Positions 32,104-40,514 of a stretch of 42,384 nucleotides of DNA are shown in pieces. Every line of letters begins with the position of its first letter. Position 1 is the first letter of the stretch. This DNA comes from a virus. The translations under genes were made by a program, and so were the position numbers. The stretch spans positions 1-42,384 of the IMG/VR virus record IMGVR_UViG_3300038318_000271; one strand, given 5' to 3'. Under the pieces are notes generated by a model that made no database searches, was not told the origin of the DNA, and saw only the letters and a program-made list of their open reading frames with translations.

Positions 32104-33229
32104 ACTGCATCATCTCCTCCTCCTCGATCGCCCGGTAGATCGGGCCGTGGTGCTTGAAGCAGTGATAAAAGTCCTGCTCGTGGTCTCCGAGATAGAAGAT
32201 CGCAGACGGGAACGGCGCCGAGTTAGAGGTCTTCATCCCAGGAGTTGAGAAGAGGAGCCGCCCCTCGACGGCGCACCACGTCGCGCCGTAATTGACAAGC
32301 AAGTTGAACCACCGCGTATCCGTCCGAGCGGCAATCAAGATGATTGCTTCAGATATGTTGCCGGCCTGATACTCGGCAGAGACCTTCTCGACCCACTGCG
32401 CCACCTCGCGACCGTATGGCGGGTTCATGTAGACTTTGCCGTGCCATGCCCTGGAGAGCCCGTCGTCTTCGCGAGTATAGTGCTCCTTCGCCGGCACGTT
32501 CGCGTCGGCGCCCTTCCCGTTGCTGCACGGGTCAAGGTCGATCGCCCCGAAGAGTTCGAGGACAGACTCGATGATAATCTCCGGGGTATACCACTCCGGG
32601 GTCTCGCTGGTATAGAGCTGCTTCGCAGTCTCCGTGATCGCCTTCTGCGGAAGCTTCGTCGCGCCACTCAGGATCTTCTGTTTTGCCTCGTCGCCGTAGG
32701 TGTCAGCGATCGCGTCCACGGCGTCGGCGAACTTCTCGGCGTTCTTGACGGTCCGGTCTGAGACATTGAACTGCTCGGCGATGCGCTCGGCGGTTTTTGG
32801 AAGGGGGAAATTGTTTCCTCTTTCCATTGTGTACTGATTGCCCGTGTGTTCGCCCTGCTCCTTCTTCGTCTCCCGGTAGATCTTTCCGATCAGGTATGCC
32901 CGCTGCTCCGAGGTGATGTTCCGGCGGCCGATCTGGTTGAAAATAATCCAGTTCTTCGCAGCCTCACGGTCGGGGAAATTTTTGTAATCTATCCGGTATG
33001 AGAGGTTGTGCGCCTGGCAGATCGCGTAACGGTGGTGCCCGTCGAGGAGAACTGGTAGGAGGGTCTTGTCGGAGATCCACACAATCAGGGCGTCCCGGCA
33101 CCCCTCGGCGAGGAGGTTCTCTTCAAGTTGCGTGAACTCTCCCTGTGATAAGGGCATCACCCAGTCACGGAACTCGGGGTCGATACGGATCGTGGGTTGA
33201 TTACAAGTAGTAGGTAGTGATTCTATCAT
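32096..33229 (-). CDS. ParB-like nuclease domain fused to a DNA N6-adenine methyltransferase
   Basis: N-terminal LLDGHHRYAIC (ParB/Srx-like). C-terminal DLDPCSN...VYMNPPYGRE...ARTDTRWF (phage Dam-type N6A methyltransferase). Confidence 0.85.
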   Translation of the reverse strand: MIESLPTTCNQPTIRIDPEFRDWVMPLSQGEFTQLEENLLAEGCRDALIVWISDKTLLPVLLDGHHRYAICQAHNLSYRIDYKNFPDREAAKNWIIFNQIGRRNITSEQRAYLIGKIYRETKKEQGEHTGNQYTMERGNNFPLPKTAERIAEQFNVSDRTVKNAEKFADAVDAIADTYGDEAKQKILSGATKLPQKAITETAKQLYTSETPEWYTPEIIIESVLELFGAIDLDPCSNGKGADANVPAKEHYTREDDGLSRAWHGKVYMNPPYGREVAQWVEKVSAEYQAGNISEAIILIAARTDTRWFNLLVNYGATWCAVEGRLLFSTPGMKTSNSAPFPSAIFYLGDHEQDFYHCFKHHGPIYRAIEEEEMMQYD

Positions 33230-33235
33230 TGTCGA

Positions 33236-33484
33236 TCACTCGTGTAATGCTGTGGTCGTCCGGGCGGGCCGGTCAACTGCCAGGGAGACGGTCCGCTCGT
33301 CCATGTTCTTCTTGCTCAACTTCGGGCATACAGGAGTCTGCCGGAACGTCGTCCCCGACACCCCACAGACCCGGATCGTCCGGTCGCGATACTGTCGAAT
33401 CTCAAGATCCTGGCAGCCGAAACAGTCCCGCGCGGACGGCCGCACCCCGCCCCGGATCCGGGCAGGGATGTAGGGGTCGCTCAT
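33236..33484 (-). CDS. Small CxxC protein, paralog B
   Basis: Start at the ATG at 33484 (ATGA overlap). Reads MSDPYIPARIRGGVRPSARDCFGCQDLEIRQYRDRTIRVCGVSGTTFRQT... Confidence 0.55.
   Translation of the reverse strand: MSDPYIPARIRGGVRPSARDCFGCQDLEIRQYRDRTIRVCGVSGTTFRQTPVCPKLSKKNMDERTVSLAVDRPARTTTALHE
33336..33463. repeat. 128-bp near-identical dispersed repeat, copy B (partner 31174..31301)
   Basis: See copy A. Confidence 0.85.
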
Positions 33485-33678
33485 GGAGTATACACCTCCG
33501 TACCCCATGATCCCGGGTCAACATACCCGCCGTCGCATTTAGTGGGCTGGAAACGGTATTCGCTCCCGTCTGCGGCGCGAGTATATCTGCAACGCACCTT
33601 GTCGCTGCACCATGCTCGTCCCACCTGGTTTTTGTGGAGGTGGGATCCGCACCAGGGGCACCGTTCTCCGTCGGTCAC
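33481..33678 (-). CDS. Small zinc-ribbon protein (65 aa)
   Basis: The GTG at 33678 overlaps the upstream TGA. Contains ...ERCPWCGSHLHKNQVGRAWCSDKVRC.... The N-terminal part of track ORF 33481..34053 is off-frame. Confidence 0.45.
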   Translation of the reverse strand: MTDGERCPWCGSHLHKNQVGRAWCSDKVRCRYTRAADGSEYRFQPTKCDGGYVDPGSWGTEVYTP

Positions 33679-34073
33679 GCCCGCACCCCCATCCGCACCG
33701 GCCCCGGGTCCGGGATCATCTCCGAGACCACGGCATCCAACCAGTGGTCCCCCGCGCCCCGGGTGACACTCCGGGCAACCCCGGCGAGCCCCACGCGCGA
33801 GACCGAAAACAACCGGCCCGGGAAGCAGGGGAACCAGAACGCAACCCCTTTCCGCTGCCCATCCGCGCAGGGGTTGGTGAGCCGCGCCCGGCCGTATGCC
33901 TTGTTTTCGAGGAGCCCGAACTGCCGCCCGACGGGGATCGACTCCGCTCGCTCCTGGAGCAGGGCAGAGACGTCCGGGATCGTCAGATTGAACACGTACT
34001 CGATGGCGCCGTCCCAGATCACCAGGCGGACTATGCCGTCGCCGGGAGTGCACTGGCCGCAGTTCAAAAACAT
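33675..34073 (-). CDS. Hypothetical protein
   Basis: 132 aa with ordinary amino-acid composition. Confidence 0.55.
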   Translation of the reverse strand: MFLNCGQCTPGDGIVRLVIWDGAIEYVFNLTIPDVSALLQERAESIPVGRQFGLLENKAYGRARLTNPCADGQRKGVAFWFPCFPGRLFSVSRVGLAGVARSVTRGAGDHWLDAVVSEMIPDPGPVRMGVRA

Positions 34074-34092
34074 GCGTGGGCCTCCGTTCGGC

Positions 34093-34476
34093 TCATCGCA
34101 CCCACCTCCGGATCGATGCAGGCGGGATCGCCTCCGGGGTCGTTGGTGGATCGAAGACCTCTAGATTAAGGTGGATCGCCCAATCTCGCTCTAACCGCGC
34201 GCCTCTGCTCCCCTCCCATCCCGGTAGCAGCAATACGGCCACACCTGCATGAGAGAGAGCCCGGAGGATCGTCAGATCCCCATCCAGCCACTCTTGGTGC
34301 GAGACATTCGGGCAAAAATCCTCGAAATGAGCGGTATTGAGGTGCGGCGTGAACGGCATCCAGCCCTTCCGCGCCGCAGCCTCTGCGTGTGCCCGGGCGA
34401 CCGCGATGTTGTCTTCAACGGTGCGCCCGTGCCCGGCGGAGTATGGGCCGCTGATGTAGAGGATCGGGCGGGTCAC
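34093..34476 (-). CDS. DUF4406 / nucleoside 2-deoxyribosyltransferase-like protein (paralog 2)
   Basis: ILYISGPYS motif. GTG start at 34476 (GTGA overlap), or alternatively the ATG at 34497. Confidence 0.6.
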   Translation of the reverse strand: MTRPILYISGPYSAGHGRTVEDNIAVARAHAEAAARKGWMPFTPHLNTAHFEDFCPNVSHQEWLDGDLTILRALSHAGVAVLLLPGWEGSRGARLERDWAIHLNLEVFDPPTTPEAIPPASIRRWVR

Positions 34477-34661
34477 GCGACCGCCCCCTCGGGCCATGTG
34501 GCCGGGCGCTCATAGGCAGAGCATCCCTCAGTAGCGAGGCACCCGAGCGGGCAGGAGAATCCCACCACGTTACCGTCGAGCCCGCAGAAATCGAGCTCAA
34601 AGATCCACCAGTGCCGCTCGCGATAGTGCGACCGGCAGCCGGTGCAGGTGCTCGGTCTCAC
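34473..34661 (-). CDS. Small Cys-rich protein
   Basis: 62 aa with 7 Cys residues. ATGA-coupled upstream. Confidence 0.45.
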   Translation of the reverse strand: MRPSTCTGCRSHYRERHWWIFELDFCGLDGNVVGFSCPLGCLATEGCSAYERPATWPEGAVA

Positions 34662-34804
34662 GCGATCGCCTCCCCGAACAGATACCCGAGAATCCGCAGC
34701 GACGCGGAGGCGTCAGCCAGCCCCCGCCGGTCGCCGCACGACCGGCACCGTTCGACCTCGGCTGTGAGGCGCCGCCGGCGCTCCTCGGCAAGAGTGCCGC
34801 TCAC
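34658..34804 (-). CDS. Small hypothetical protein (CxxC)
   Basis: GTG at 34804 forms a GTGA overlap with the upstream stop. The maximal ORF extends to 34846. Confidence 0.4.
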   Translation of the reverse strand: MSGTLAEERRRRLTAEVERCRSCGDRRGLADASASLRILGYLFGEAIA

Positions 34805-35136
34805 GCACTCGCCTCCGTAGGGTGTCTGCGAGCATAGTTGCTGCACGCCACTGAGCAGAACCTCGGCATAGGGCGCCCTCGTCGTTCACGACTCTCAAGG
34901 TCGCCGCGGCGGTGCCGCATCTCTTTCCCACAATGTCCGCAGGTGAGGGTGACCCACTTCGGGAGGGGCGCGAGGGCCGGGGGTGCGGCTCGTCGCAGTG
35001 CGTAGCGCTCTCGGTTCAGCGCATTGACACACTCCGCGCACCGGTCCTTCCGCCCGTCTGGGTGGCTCCGGTCCTGGTGGAACGCGGAGAGGGGTTTAAC
35101 CTCGCCGCAGTTCCGGCACTGCTTGGTGTCGGTCAT
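34801..35136 (-). CDS. Zinc-finger protein (phage CxxC...KPLSAF...C..C type)
   Basis: CRNCGEVKPLSAFHQD...DGRKDRCAECV plus a second CGHCG...C pair. The ATG at 35136 is ATGA-coupled. Confidence 0.55.
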   Translation of the reverse strand: MTDTKQCRNCGEVKPLSAFHQDRSHPDGRKDRCAECVNALNRERYALRRAAPPALAPLPKWVTLTCGHCGKEMRHRRGDLESRERRGRPMPRFCSVACSNYARRHPTEASA

Positions 35137-35309
35137 CCCGTCACCTCCAGGCACTCATCCGCGATCCAGGAGATGCCCTTGCTCGCGGGGAACTCGACGA
35201 GGCACTGCCCGGCCACCGGGTAATGCTTCAGAATCGTCCCGGTAAATCCGCGAAAAACAGAGGGGGCGTGGATCTGCACCCGCGCCCGAGGCACGAGGTG
35301 GTCGGTCAC
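35133..35309 (-). CDS. Small hypothetical protein (58 aa, below the track threshold)
   Basis: Hand-translated as MTDHLVPRARVQIHAPSVFRGFTGTILKHYPVAGQCLVEFPASKGISWIADECLEVTG. GTGA and ATGA overlaps at its ends. Confidence 0.4.
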   Translation of the reverse strand: MTDHLVPRARVQIHAPSVFRGFTGTILKHYPVAGQCLVEFPASKGISWIADECLEVTG

Positions 35310-36223
35310 ACGATCACCCGCCGCAGGGCACTGAGGGGGTAGACCCGGGCCGGGCCATCGTCGTCGGGGAACTCCACCGACGCGAATTTGCTGCGGACGT
35401 TGACGATAACCGCAGTACCGACGAGGCCGGGGTCATCGACCAGGGCGACGCGGTCGCCGCGGACTATCGGCTCACACGCATCGATCGGCCGGTCGCACAT
35501 CATGCCGTCCATCATATCCGCGTGCAGCGCCCGGGCGTCGCCATAGAGGCCCTTGCCGGCCGGCTCCTCGCACTGTGTGACCGGGACCTGGTCGCCGGCG
35601 AAGTCGGGGAGGGGGCCGTCCGCTCCGTGCCGGCGCGGCCTGATCTTTTGGTAGTATCGGCTCTTGATCGCTGCATCGGTGCGGCTGGAGCCAGGGTACG
35701 CAGCCCGGTAGAGATGGATAGCCTCGGCCGGTGTCGAGGCCTCGTACATGGCCTCCTCCTGCTCCCGAGTCCACCCTCGCGGGTCCAGATGCTCCCCATC
35801 AGCCAGGGGAGATGCCTCGTAGACCGACTCCTCCTCCGGGACCGGTTCCGGGAACTCGGGTTCCGGCTCTACTACGTAGGTGTGGAGCCGCCCCGGGTCG
35901 GCGATCGCTGGCGTCTCCGTCTTGTAGACCGCCTCCCCGGCCGTCATATCGGCGTCCTGCTCGGCTTTCTCGGCCTCGCAGGCGTCCCGCATCCGGGCGA
36001 CCTCGGACATCGCGTAGCAGGCATCCTTGACGGGGCAGAGGATCTCGGGGTTGTCGAGGTGCGGGCACCGCCCGTCGTCGTAGGAGTAGGTGCACCGATA
36101 CGGAGTACCGTCCTCGCAATGCACGCACGGGCCGCTCTCCTGCGCCCGGAGGAGGATGGGCTGCGTCTCCAGTGAGGGAGTGACGAGCGCCCGGATCTCG
36201 TCGGGGCTGCCGATGAGGATCAT
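35306..36223 (-). CDS. Hypothetical protein with Cys-rich N-terminus, acidic linker, Myb/SANT-like segment and KOW/Tudor-like C-terminus
   Basis: 305 aa starting from the ATG at 36223. The domain calls are pattern-level guesses only. Confidence 0.5.
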   Translation of the reverse strand: MILIGSPDEIRALVTPSLETQPILLRAQESGPCVHCEDGTPYRCTYSYDDGRCPHLDNPEILCPVKDACYAMSEVARMRDACEAEKAEQDADMTAGEAVYKTETPAIADPGRLHTYVVEPEPEFPEPVPEEESVYEASPLADGEHLDPRGWTREQEEAMYEASTPAEAIHLYRAAYPGSSRTDAAIKSRYYQKIRPRRHGADGPLPDFAGDQVPVTQCEEPAGKGLYGDARALHADMMDGMMCDRPIDACEPIVRGDRVALVDDPGLVGTAVIVNVRSKFASVEFPDDDGPARVYPLSALRRVIV

Positions 36224-36861
36224 TATGGCGCCTCCATGCAAGCCTTACAGAGCGTTTTGCTCATGAACAACTGCGAGAGTTTCGCCTGTGCCTTGGTCGT
36301 TTCCGCACCGCACCGCTCGCAGATTACGAGGTCGTAAGGGTCAGAGGCCTCCGATTTGGGCGGTGCGGCGGGCGGCTTGATACACGTCATGACCGCTGCC
36401 GCCGCCTGCTCTGCAGGAGTGGGTACTTTTGACGCAGCGACCCGGGCGTTGTGGTCGGCCTGGAGTCGATTGAGATCCGCCGTCAACTTGTCGGCATGCT
36501 GCTGGCGCGAGACGGCATCCGCTACGGGGGGAGCCGGCATCTGCTTAGGGGGCGGAGAGGCCCGATCAAAGGTTGCGGGCGTGGAGGCCTTCGCGGGCGG
36601 CGGGATCGGGGTAGGTGCCCCGACGTCCGGCACCTTGTCGAGCGGCGTCGAGGTGATCGAGGAGACCACCTGCCGCACCGTGAGCCGATCCGCGTCGGAG
36701 GCGGAGTTGGTATACTTGAGGAGTTTGCGGCCGAATATCACGACCGCATCGTCGATATCCCGCTCGGCCTCGATATGCCCGGCGACGGAGATAGTTACAG
36801 AGCCGCCGTTTTCGAGCGGCACCGACGCACCGACGATGATCTCTTTTGGGGCGAAACTCAT
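36223..36861 (-). CDS. Hypothetical protein with Pro-rich linker and C-terminal zinc ribbon
   Basis: Start refined to the ATG at 36861 (ATGA overlap). C-terminal CERCG...CKAC. Confidence 0.55.
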   Translation of the reverse strand: MSFAPKEIIVGASVPLENGGSVTISVAGHIEAERDIDDAVVIFGRKLLKYTNSASDADRLTVRQVVSSITSTPLDKVPDVGAPTPIPPPAKASTPATFDRASPPPKQMPAPPVADAVSRQQHADKLTADLNRLQADHNARVAASKVPTPAEQAAAAVMTCIKPPAAPPKSEASDPYDLVICERCGAETTKAQAKLSQLFMSKTLCKACMEAP

Positions 36862-37748
36862 TCCGACACCTCCCGGAGATCCTGAACCCTTGCAAGGTAT
36901 GCAGTATGGAGGTTCTTGGGGTTCGCGCAGTTGTGCTGCTTGCACTCCTCCGCGACATACCGAGCGACGAGGGGCATAGCCTTCCGAACCTCGAAGAACT
37001 CAGCACCGAGATCGGCGTATGCCTTCTCGATTGCACCAGAGATCTCAGACTCCGGAAGCATCGGGAGCGTCACAACACCCGGCACATCTAGCCGGGGGAT
37101 CTTCTCCAGTTTCGGCGTGTCGTGCTTCTCCTTGAAGTAAACAATGCCGCGTTTGGTGCCTGCCCCTTCGCCACAGTTCCAGGGCGTTTCATCCCAAATC
37201 TTCCCGACAACACCCTCTTTGCCGCGTTCCAGCGCTGCCGTGAGCATCTGGTCTTTGAACTCAAAGAGGGCGTCACGGGTCGCGACGTTGCAGGTGCCGA
37301 TGAGTTCCACGCAGGGTAACCCAAAGTGCCAGCAATGCTGATGCACCTGCGTGTAGTTCATGAACCGGTTGGCCTTCGTGCTCCAGATATCGAACACGAT
37401 GAACTTGTCCCGGTCGTGAGTCTCCATCCCCGTCGGGGATCTGCCCTTCCGGCACAACTCTCCAAAGACGACGTATTCGTCGCCCCATGTCTGCGCGTCG
37501 AACAGGAGATCATAGATGCCTTCGGACTCGTCGGACTCAGAGAACGCGCGGTAGAAGTCCTCTGATGCCTTCGTTTGATTCCGGCTCCGAAGTTGAACCT
37601 GCCCCTCTCCGTCCAGATATGCGCCGATGTTTGACCCGTCCTCTTTGATCGTCCAGTAAATCTCCTTGCCCAGAACGATCTCGGGGTTCGGATACAGCAA
37701 CAGGAGGCGGTCGAGGTGAGGATACTTGATTGAATCTATGTCGATCAT
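36858..37748 (-). CDS. ATP-dependent RNA/DNA ligase (covalent nucleotidyltransferase superfamily)
   Basis: Motif I IKEDGSN, motif III YVVFGEL, motif IIIa FIVFDIW, motif IV EGVVGK, motif V YFKEK. Start at the ATG at 37748 (ATGA overlap). Confidence 0.75.
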   Translation of the reverse strand: MIDIDSIKYPHLDRLLLLYPNPEIVLGKEIYWTIKEDGSNIGAYLDGEGQVQLRSRNQTKASEDFYRAFSESDESEGIYDLLFDAQTWGDEYVVFGELCRKGRSPTGMETHDRDKFIVFDIWSTKANRFMNYTQVHQHCWHFGLPCVELIGTCNVATRDALFEFKDQMLTAALERGKEGVVGKIWDETPWNCGEGAGTKRGIVYFKEKHDTPKLEKIPRLDVPGVVTLPMLPESEISGAIEKAYADLGAEFFEVRKAMPLVARYVAEECKQHNCANPKNLHTAYLARVQDLREVSE

Positions 37749-38446
37749 GCCTGCGCCCCCTTCTGCTCGTTCCACCACTTGCCGAAGCACTCGATACAGA
37801 GCACCTTCGGCGTGTGGGGCCGGGTCTTGTCCCTGATATCCGCAGGCACCGGGACCCCGCAGACCTCGCATGTCGTCGGGGTCGCGGGCGGCACCTCGGA
37901 GACATAACGCGGCTCCGGTCGGTCGCCGGTGTCGATCTCCTCTGGGCTGTACAGGCCGCTGATGCCGAAAGCCCGGCGAAGGGCGTGAGACTCCGCGACC
38001 TTGGTGATCATCGTCTTCGGCTTCTCCCGCCAGAATTTCGTGACCTCACCCTGCTTGTTACGCTGGATGTACTCGGCGAATGGCACCTCGACGACGAACG
38101 GGTGCGACATATCCTTCCGGTAGACCTTGCACCAGCCGATGAGTTCGCCGTTCTCGTCCAGCCGGGTCCCGGACTCCATGCCGTCAAAATTACCGTTCCG
38201 GTGTGCGATCGCGATGAATCCATCCCTGCCGCAGAAAATCGCCGCCGGTGCGTTGGGATACTTGACCGCCCAGATCTGTTTTGCGAACGGGTCTAGGCCA
38301 TAGGTCCGCGAGAGCTGCATCAACAGGAGGAACTCGTTATCGGTGCAGTCCCGGGCGCACATGTCCCGGATCAGCTGGATCTGCTGCTGATTGTACTGCG
38401 CCGGGACGATACCGCCGGCGCCAGTGGTCGCGGGTAGGTCTGACAT
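37745..38446 (-). CDS. recT: RecT/Bet-family single-strand annealing recombinase with C-terminal zinc ribbon
   Basis: LDPFAKQIWAVKY...CGRDGFIAIAHRNGNFDGMESG...KPKTMITKVAESHALRRAF. Confidence 0.85.
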   Translation of the reverse strand: MSDLPATTGAGGIVPAQYNQQQIQLIRDMCARDCTDNEFLLLMQLSRTYGLDPFAKQIWAVKYPNAPAAIFCGRDGFIAIAHRNGNFDGMESGTRLDENGELIGWCKVYRKDMSHPFVVEVPFAEYIQRNKQGEVTKFWREKPKTMITKVAESHALRRAFGISGLYSPEEIDTGDRPEPRYVSEVPPATPTTCEVCGVPVPADIRDKTRPHTPKVLCIECFGKWWNEQKGAQA

Positions 38447-38739
38447 CAGTCCACCTCCACCGGCATCACGGCGACGCAGCCCATCTGCGTATCGCCGAAC
38501 CGAGCCTCGCCGTCGAGCCCGACCAGGAGTAAGTGTGTCCGGCCGGAGCGCTCGATACTACCGACCTCGACGTCGTCGTAGCCGCACGCCTTGAGCGCCC
38601 TGAGCGCCCGAATGACAGTCTCGATCCGATACTCGCCGACATGGTGCGGGGTGTCGCCGTCCTCGAACGCAGCGACGTAGAACGCGCCTGCGGGGGTCTC
38701 GGAGTCTGCGAAGGTACCGCAGGGGAGAGCGGGGATCAT
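38446..38739 (-). CDS. Hypothetical protein
   Basis: 97 aa, coupled. Confidence 0.5.
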   Translation of the reverse strand: MIPALPCGTFADSETPAGAFYVAAFEDGDTPHHVGEYRIETVIRALRALKACGYDDVEVGSIERSGRTHLLLVGLDGEARFGDTQMGCVAVMPVEVD

Positions 38740-39041
38740 TCCTCTCCCCCCTGCTCCTCGCGGCTGAGGTCGATCCCAAACTCAGAGAGCGACGTGCCCC
38801 GGTCGGACTCGATCCGGACCTCTAACTCTGCCTTGAGCGAGACGGGAGCACACTCCACGGAGACGTAGCGGCGCCCGGCCACCGCCAGGAAGAATCGCTG
38901 GAGTTTGTCACGAGCATCGATCACAGCCTCTTCGGGGCTCGCACCCTTGCCGGTGACCGGGTAACCCTTGATGTCGGCGACCCAGACCTCAGCATCATCG
39001 TTGTACTTTGCAGTGGTAGAGATGTGGATGAGGTCGATCAT
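38736..39041 (-). CDS. HicB/UPF0150-like fold protein (tentative)
   Basis: AEVWVADIKGYPVTGKGASPEEAVIDARDKL resembles the HicB N-terminal domain pattern. Confidence 0.45.
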   Translation of the reverse strand: MIDLIHISTTAKYNDDAEVWVADIKGYPVTGKGASPEEAVIDARDKLQRFFLAVAGRRYVSVECAPVSLKAELEVRIESDRGTSLSEFGIDLSREEQGGEE

Positions 39042-39553
39042 TCCACCGCCTCCGGGCGCTCATACTCGACACTGACGCCGATCTCTTTGACCTCGACCTC
39101 GCAACAGTCATCTAGCGCGGATTTGCCAAGCAGCGCCTCGGCCTTGCCGATTGCGACCGTGCAGCACTCAACAAACGCCTCTGCACCGTGCTTGGCGAAA
39201 AACAGTTTCGGTACGACGGTGCGGGTTTTCCGGGTGCGGATCTTGAGGACATAGTTCCCCATCTTGCTGACACCGGCAGTCTTCGCCTGCGCGATGCAGT
39301 TGTGCCGCTCCTCCTCGCACCGGTCGATCCGGCGCTTGAGTTCGATTACCTCCTCGCGCTCGTTGAACTCGTCCTGGAGCGCCTTGAGTTCAGCTCGATG
39401 CTCGTCGCCGCGGAGTCGAGCCATGAACGCCCGCTCGAGGAGATTGTCACCGGGCAGAACCGCATGGCCGCACTCTGCTGGATCCATGCTGCACTCACTT
39501 CCATCCCCCTTGCACTCGCGGCAGGGGTTCTCGCAGTCGCAGGCCATCAGCAT
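39038..39553 (-). CDS. Hypothetical protein (Cys-rich N-terminus, coiled coil; possibly Gp157-like)
   Basis: 171 aa. Lies upstream of the RecT module. The family assignment is weak. Confidence 0.5.
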   Translation of the reverse strand: MLMACDCENPCRECKGDGSECSMDPAECGHAVLPGDNLLERAFMARLRGDEHRAELKALQDEFNEREEVIELKRRIDRCEEERHNCIAQAKTAGVSKMGNYVLKIRTRKTRTVVPKLFFAKHGAEAFVECCTVAIGKAEALLGKSALDDCCEVEVKEIGVSVEYERPEAVE

Positions 39554-39732
39554 CCAACCCCCACATTGAGTGCCGCGACTAACTCCGCTATCTCATCGCG
39601 GTTGTCAGAAAACGCGCCTTGGTATTCGACGTTGCCGCCGTGCAGGGGCTCATCCGGGTCCTTCTGCCGCCCGGCGATGTACATCTTCCGGTCGTTGATG
39701 ACTTGACTCATGATTTGCCAGGGGCCGGCCAT
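39547..39732 (-). CDS. Hypothetical small protein
   Basis: 61-aa ORF. Confidence 0.45.
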   Translation of the reverse strand: MAGPWQIMSQVINDRKMYIAGRQKDPDEPLHGGNVEYQGAFSDNRDEIAELVAALNVGVGC

Positions 39733-39902
39733 CAGTACCGCCTCCTCATCGCATCAGCGATCGCCGCGAGCGATTGTGCGCTCGTCAGGTCGCCGCACTG
39801 GTTCCGCCCAGCGTTCCACAGCGCGCAATCGGCACCGATACAGGAGCAGAGTCCCCCGTCATCCGGGCAGACCTGGCGCGGGCAGTAGACCCCGACGTCC
39901 AT
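39732..39902 (-). CDS. Small Cys-rich protein (56 aa)
   Basis: The ATG at 39902 overlaps the upstream stop by 1 nt. Reads MDVGVYCPRQVCPDDGGLCSCIGADCALW.... The track ORF extension to 40082 is off-frame and overlaps another gene. Confidence 0.4.
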   Translation of the reverse strand: MDVGVYCPRQVCPDDGGLCSCIGADCALWNAGRNQCGDLTSAQSLAAIADAMRRRY

Positions 39903-40246
39903 CAGCACCGCCCCCACTCGACCTGCATCTCCTCCAGCACGGAGACGGGGAGGTCCTCGACGTGTCGGACCCGGTGGATGCGGCACTGCCTGGCCTGCTC
40001 CGCGGCTCGCTCCTCGCGCATCGCATCGGCGCAGGCGGGGCAAACATCGCTGCTCTGTGTCTCCGCGCCACAGCTGCGGCACAGACGCGCCCGCCCGTGC
40101 AGGAGATCGTCGTTCGCCGGCGCGTTCGCGCGAGCCGAAACCATAATGCTCTCGAAAACAGTACTCTGGTTAACGCCCGCGGGGATCTGATGGTTGGCGC
40201 CTCTGAAATCCCGGGCGTTATCTGGGTTTATACAGTTGTCTTGCAT
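39902..40246 (-). CDS. Zinc-ribbon protein
   Basis: 114 aa, with CRSCGAETQSSDVCPAC. Confidence 0.55.
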   Translation of the reverse strand: MQDNCINPDNARDFRGANHQIPAGVNQSTVFESIMVSARANAPANDDLLHGRARLCRSCGAETQSSDVCPACADAMREERAAEQARQCRIHRVRHVEDLPVSVLEEMQVEWGRC

Positions 40247-40365
40247 TCCTTATCCTCTACATAGACGATTTTTCCGTCTCGCTCAGCTCGGTTTAGGAGC
40301 GCGACCCAAAACGGATTCCCCTCCTTTCGGACGGCATCGGCCGCCCATCGAGGCGTCTCGATCAT
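40228..40365 (-). CDS. Small hypothetical protein (45 aa)
   Basis: Hand-translated as MIETPRWAADAVRKEGNPFWVALLNRAERDGKIVYVEDKECKTTV. ATGA-coupled to the RHH gene. Confidence 0.35.
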   Translation of the reverse strand: MIETPRWAADAVRKEGNPFWVALLNRAERDGKIVYVEDKECKTTV

Positions 40366-40514
40366 AGGTTCGCTCCTTTCAGGAGTTCTGTTGCCGCGAG
40401 GTCGATGGCCCGCATAACGGCGTCCATCTCGTTCTTGGCGTGGCCCGTACTGACCATAACCTCAATGACCCGCTTTCGTCGTGGGGTCAGAGTGATCAGT
40501 TTTTTATGCTGCAT
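40362..40514 (-). CDS. Ribbon-helix-helix regulator (first gene of the leftward early operon)
   Basis: Hand-translated as MQHKKLITLTPRRKRVIEVMVSTGHAKNEMDAVMRAIDLAATELLKGANL, which shows an RHH pattern. Confidence 0.5.
   Translation of the reverse strand: MQHKKLITLTPRRKRVIEVMVSTGHAKNEMDAVMRAIDLAATELLKGANL

Noticed and set aside
38446-39041. HicAB-type toxin-antitoxin pair
   Set aside because: Only the HicB-like fold resemblance (38736..39041) is visible. The adjacent 97-aa protein has no HicA-like features, so no TA system was called.
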